A DNA stretch of 39,676 nt from Perkinsus chesapeaki ATCC PRA-425 (taxonomy: Eukaryota; Protista; Perkinsozoa): NCBI GenBank assembly GCA_013115145.1, contig JAAPAO010000324.1:1-39676 (forward strand), written 5' to 3'. Within the stretch, counting starts at the first letter, position 1. Each line of letters opens with the position of its first letter. This document shows, in pieces, positions 35,658 to 39,676 of the stretch. The notes beneath the pieces were generated by a model. It did no database searches. It was not told where the DNA came from and saw nothing but the letters and a program-made list of their open reading frames with translations. A program made the position numbers and the translations under genes.

Positions 35658-38138
35658 ATGGGTAAAAAGGATAAGAAGGATAAGAAGGGATCTGGAGCTG
35701 GAGAGGAGCAACGACTACGTATCGCTATTGTTAGTGAGGATAGATGCAAACCTAAGAAGTGTCAGCTTGAATGCAAAAAGTAGCTAACTGGGCTGCCGTG
35801 GCGGTGGGTGGGTGTGTCATGGGGTTATGTTGTTGGTGGTAAGGTACTGTCCAGTTAATCGTACTGGTAAGTTCTGTGTAGAGGTTGATAGACATGCTAA
35901 AGTATCATGGATATCTGAGACCTTATGTATCGGTTGTGGTATATGTGTTAAAAAATGCCCATTTGACGCTATCACCATTATCAATTTACCGAAGGATCTT
36001 AGTGGACAGACAACACATAGGTATTATTAACAATATTAATATAATAATATATCCATAACATAGATACGGTCCTAATACCTTCAAACTACATAGGCTACCT
36101 ATGCCCCGCCCTGGCCAAGTCCTTGGTCTTGTCGGAACCAATGGTATCATTATTAATACCATACTTCTTGTAAATCATCATTAGGTATTGGCAAGTCTAC
36201 TGCATTGAAGATATTATCTGGTAAACTGAAGCCTAATCTTGGTAGATTTGATAACCCTCCGGATTGGAATGAGATCCTTCAGTAAGTCCTTCACTACAAC
36301 ACCACCCACCACCCCTTACCGCACTATTAGATATTTCCGCGGTTCCGACCTTCAAAACTATTTCGTTAAGATCCTCGAGGATAAGCTTAAAGCCACTATC
36401 AAGCCTCAGTATGTAGATAACATTCCTAAGGCTGTTCGTGGCAAGGTAATAACCAATTCAATACCGTCTTTCCTTCGAATCTAATGTAGGTGGGGGAGAC
36501 CTTGGCACGTAAAGATGAGCGTCATGTGGTACCAGAACTACTGAAGCGTTTAGATTTAGAGCATTTAGTTGATCGTGAGATCAAGGATCTTTCTGGTAGT
36601 AATATAATATTAGCAAGTATGTATTATTATTAGGTGGTGAATTACAACGATTTGCCATTGCAGTAGTATGTGAGTTGAATGCGTCTGTATATATGTTTGA
36701 TGAGCCTAGCTCCTACCTTGATGTTAAGCAGCGTTTAGAGGCTGCTCATGTAATAATATGCATTTATATATTAATACTATGTTTACCTTTAGGTTATTAG
36801 GGATTTACAGACCTCTGATAACTACATCATTGTGGTTGAGCATGATCTTTCAGTCTTGGATTATCTATCTGACTATATATGTTGTCTATGGGTAATAACA
36901 CGAACACCAACAGCCTCTATATGGTTATTATTTAGGGTACCCCTACTGCCTATGGTGTTGTAACAATGCCATTCTCCGTTCGTGAAGGAATTAATATTTT
37001 CCTCGATGGTTTCATTCCCACTGAGAATCTTCGTTTCAGAGAGGTCGCCTTGAACTTCAAGGTAGACCCCCCCCCGCCCTCACCTGCCCTGCTCTTCTAC
37101 TGTCCCCTATGCGTCTATTAGGTAGCTGAAAACACAGATCTAGATGACAGTAAGAGGATGTATAGCCAAGACTATCCTGCTATGACTAAGACAATGGGCA
37201 GCTTCAAGCTTCATATTGAGCCTGGCAATTTCTCAAGCTCAGAGATTATCGTTATGCTTGGTCAGAATGGAACTGGTATGTAATAGAGATTATCAATGTT
37301 ATCATCTTTATCTAATTAGGTAAGACCACCTTCATCCGTATGCTTGCTGGTCTACTTAAACCTGATGAAGATAATGTAGAGGTCCCTCGTATGAACGTAT
37401 CTTATAAGCCTCAGACTATCCATGCTAAGTTCGATGGTTCAGTAAGTTATCAACAACAACTGCCTCAACTCGACAACCAGTATAAATCTTAGGTCCGAGA
37501 TCTTCTCCATGCTAAGATTCGTTCCCAATTCTTACATCCTCAATTTGTCTCTGATGTCACTCGACCGATGCTTATTGACCAGTTGCTCGATCAGAACGTA
37601 CAGAATTTATCTGGTAAATCCATCATCATTCCCACCATCAGCTTACGTTTATCCATCCTTCCCCTTTTAGGTGGTGAGCTCCAGCGTGTTGCCATTGTAA
37701 TGGCTTTGGGTAAACCAGCTGATGTTTACCTTATCGATGAGCCTAGTGCATATCTTGATGTTGAACAGCGTGTTGTTGCTGCTAGAGTCATTAAGCGTTT
37801 CATCCTTCATGCTAAGAAGACAGCCTTTGTCGTAGAGCATGACTTTATTATGGCAACTTACCTTGCTGATCGTGTTGTTGTATATGATGGCAATCCGGGT
37901 GTTGAGTGTACCGCATCTTCCCCTGAGACGCTGGTTACTGGTAATAATATCATAATTCCTGTCAACAACAGCTCCTCATTATTATTATGGCAACTTAGGT
38001 ATGAATAAGTTCCTTAAATCATTGGAGATTACCTTCCGTCGTGATCCTACCAATTATAGGCCTAGAATCAATAAGGCAGATTCGGTCAAGGATAAGGAAC
38101 AGAAGGCCGAGGGTAACTTCTTCCTTCTAGAAGATTAA
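35658..38138 (+). CDS. ABCE1: ABCE1/RLI1 ribosome-recycling Fe-S ATPase
   Basis: [51 protein letters not shown] (twice), [42 protein letters not shown]. Confidence 0.97.
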
Positions 38139-39676
38139 CAACAACAACAACAAGAGTTATACAACACTATCAATGTATCATCATAGCAACCTACATAAGG
38201 TTGTTGATAATAGTTAAGTGTATACATTGCTAATACTACTACTCCTGCTAATCACCAAGATGATATGATGATGATGATGACGACTAAGTCATCGACGTTC
38301 ACTGAAATCTGTTTCCCATTGCCATCCCATTGGATTATCAAGTTGTTATTTGTTAATAAAGGGTGTTTCAAAATGCCGTAAGTGACTTTAATCGCTCCGA
38401 AATCACTCAATACTTTGTCTTTTGATATGAAACTCGGTGATGGCCAATATGATATCATTACTAAAAAGTACCCTAGACGGCTCCTAATTTTCTGGCGCGT
38501 GACATAAGATAAGCGTTGACAAAGGGCTCGTGTAAGACCCCATCTCAGTCACGATTTTTATAAAATGCTTTTGAATAGATCACTTACCATTTTCGGGTAT
38601 CCTCATTCCAGTGGTAACCTTCTTTTCCCCGTTTCCCAACGCAAACTGCGTTACGCTGTGATCTGCGCTCCTCGGCGACCAACAAACCACGCAGAATGGG
38701 CGCACACGTAGGATGTCATCCGGTACTCCCTCCTCGTCAGGAGGCGCGTAACGATGCTCTCTTCAGCGGTGACGTTCACAGCATTCTCGTTCTTGATGGC
38801 CTCAAGTCATTCTCACTGAGACTTTCTCAGCGTTGAACAGACGGCACTATCAGACATCGGTAGGGGATGTAGCACACCATTCTGGAGCTATGTCCCCACA
38901 CATATGTAGCACGAAATCAATTAGTAATATGATCCGACGAGCAGAGACAATCATATCACAGCCTCAAGTTGTCAACCTGCCAGTGAAGTTGGCTAAACTA
39001 CCCCGTGAGAATTACGTACTGACTATTTGGAATCCAAATTTTGGATAAGCTATACTAGCTCACCCTGACATTCAATAAAGCTGCCGTCTTCAGTGGAGGT
39101 ACTCGAGTGTCCACAGTCAAATAGCCGAGTGCTTTCTAGCACCGCCGATCAATAGCCAAGAAGTTCTTGGAAGGAGCCTAGGGCCTAGGCTCGCTGATTG
39201 CATCCCGTACTTTACACGCATTTGTACTGTCTCACGGTGTGCAGTACGGAAAAACCACAGACTGATTACAGTAATGGCGTCGCGGAAGTCCATGCTCCCA
39301 CACTTAGTCGCTCATCAGGACAGGCTCATATCAGTACAATAGTACATAAGAGTACAACCTTTGGGGGATCTTGTATAGGATGACCTTCGAATTGCTGCAA
39401 GAAAATTGCTGGTGCAATCGGTCGCAAGACGTGTCGTTCAAAGCTGTCAACCTCTTTCTGTCAAGATGCTGGCTCAAGTGACTTCATTCCAAGTCTATTT
39501 CCAGTAACAGCAATATAGTTCTCAAGAGCTACCCCTAGCTGCTTAGTTAAGCCCAACTAGTCAACACAATGCAAAGCCATCCAGGAAAGACGATGTTATC
39601 CAGTTTAGTTTTACGTCATCAACCAACTCTCTCTCACGAAGGCGGATGGGGCAGCGCAGTGCACCCAAGCGAGCGG

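Noticed and set aside
39460-39480. GGCTCAAG matches the 3' end of the spliced leader
   Set aside because: Only 8 nt match and the upstream bases disagree, which is expected by chance.
38252-39676. Coding-looking fragments after ABCE1 (e.g. LEAIKNENAVNVTAEESIVTRLL on the minus strand)
   Set aside because: Interrupted by stops and with no recognisable domain. Possibly a decayed gene or element, but it cannot be supported.
1-39676. CRISPR arrays, rRNA and tRNA genes
   Set aside because: No repeat-spacer array or recognisable structural RNA signature was seen.

Overview
Eukaryotic, gene-dense DNA with short (about 30-90 nt) GT-AG introns and many trinucleotide microsatellites. The style is most consistent with a Perkinsus-like alveolate; this is inference, not a database result. 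The window opens with an apparently intact R4/Dong-type non-LTR retrotransposon (Myb-like, RT, CCHC, restriction-like endonuclease). It is flanked on both sides by (TAA)n and sits antisense inside an intron of a host gene, next to the 3' splice site. Housekeeping and ER genes follow: ALG10, a LicD-family phosphotransferase, RPS12, ERp29-like, an MFS transporter and a C2CD3-like protein, and later PUS1/TruA, BAP31-like, FAM192A-like, NOG1 and ABCE1. An accessory island at about 24.2-29.5 kb holds a nonsense-disrupted aspartyl protease, a decayed paralogue, a non-autonomous Mutator-like element with TIRs and a 9-bp TSD, a small secreted defensin-like Cys-rich peptide and a cluster of CCGTAG-based palindromes. 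All gene models were spliced by eye, and exon boundaries are approximate unless stated.
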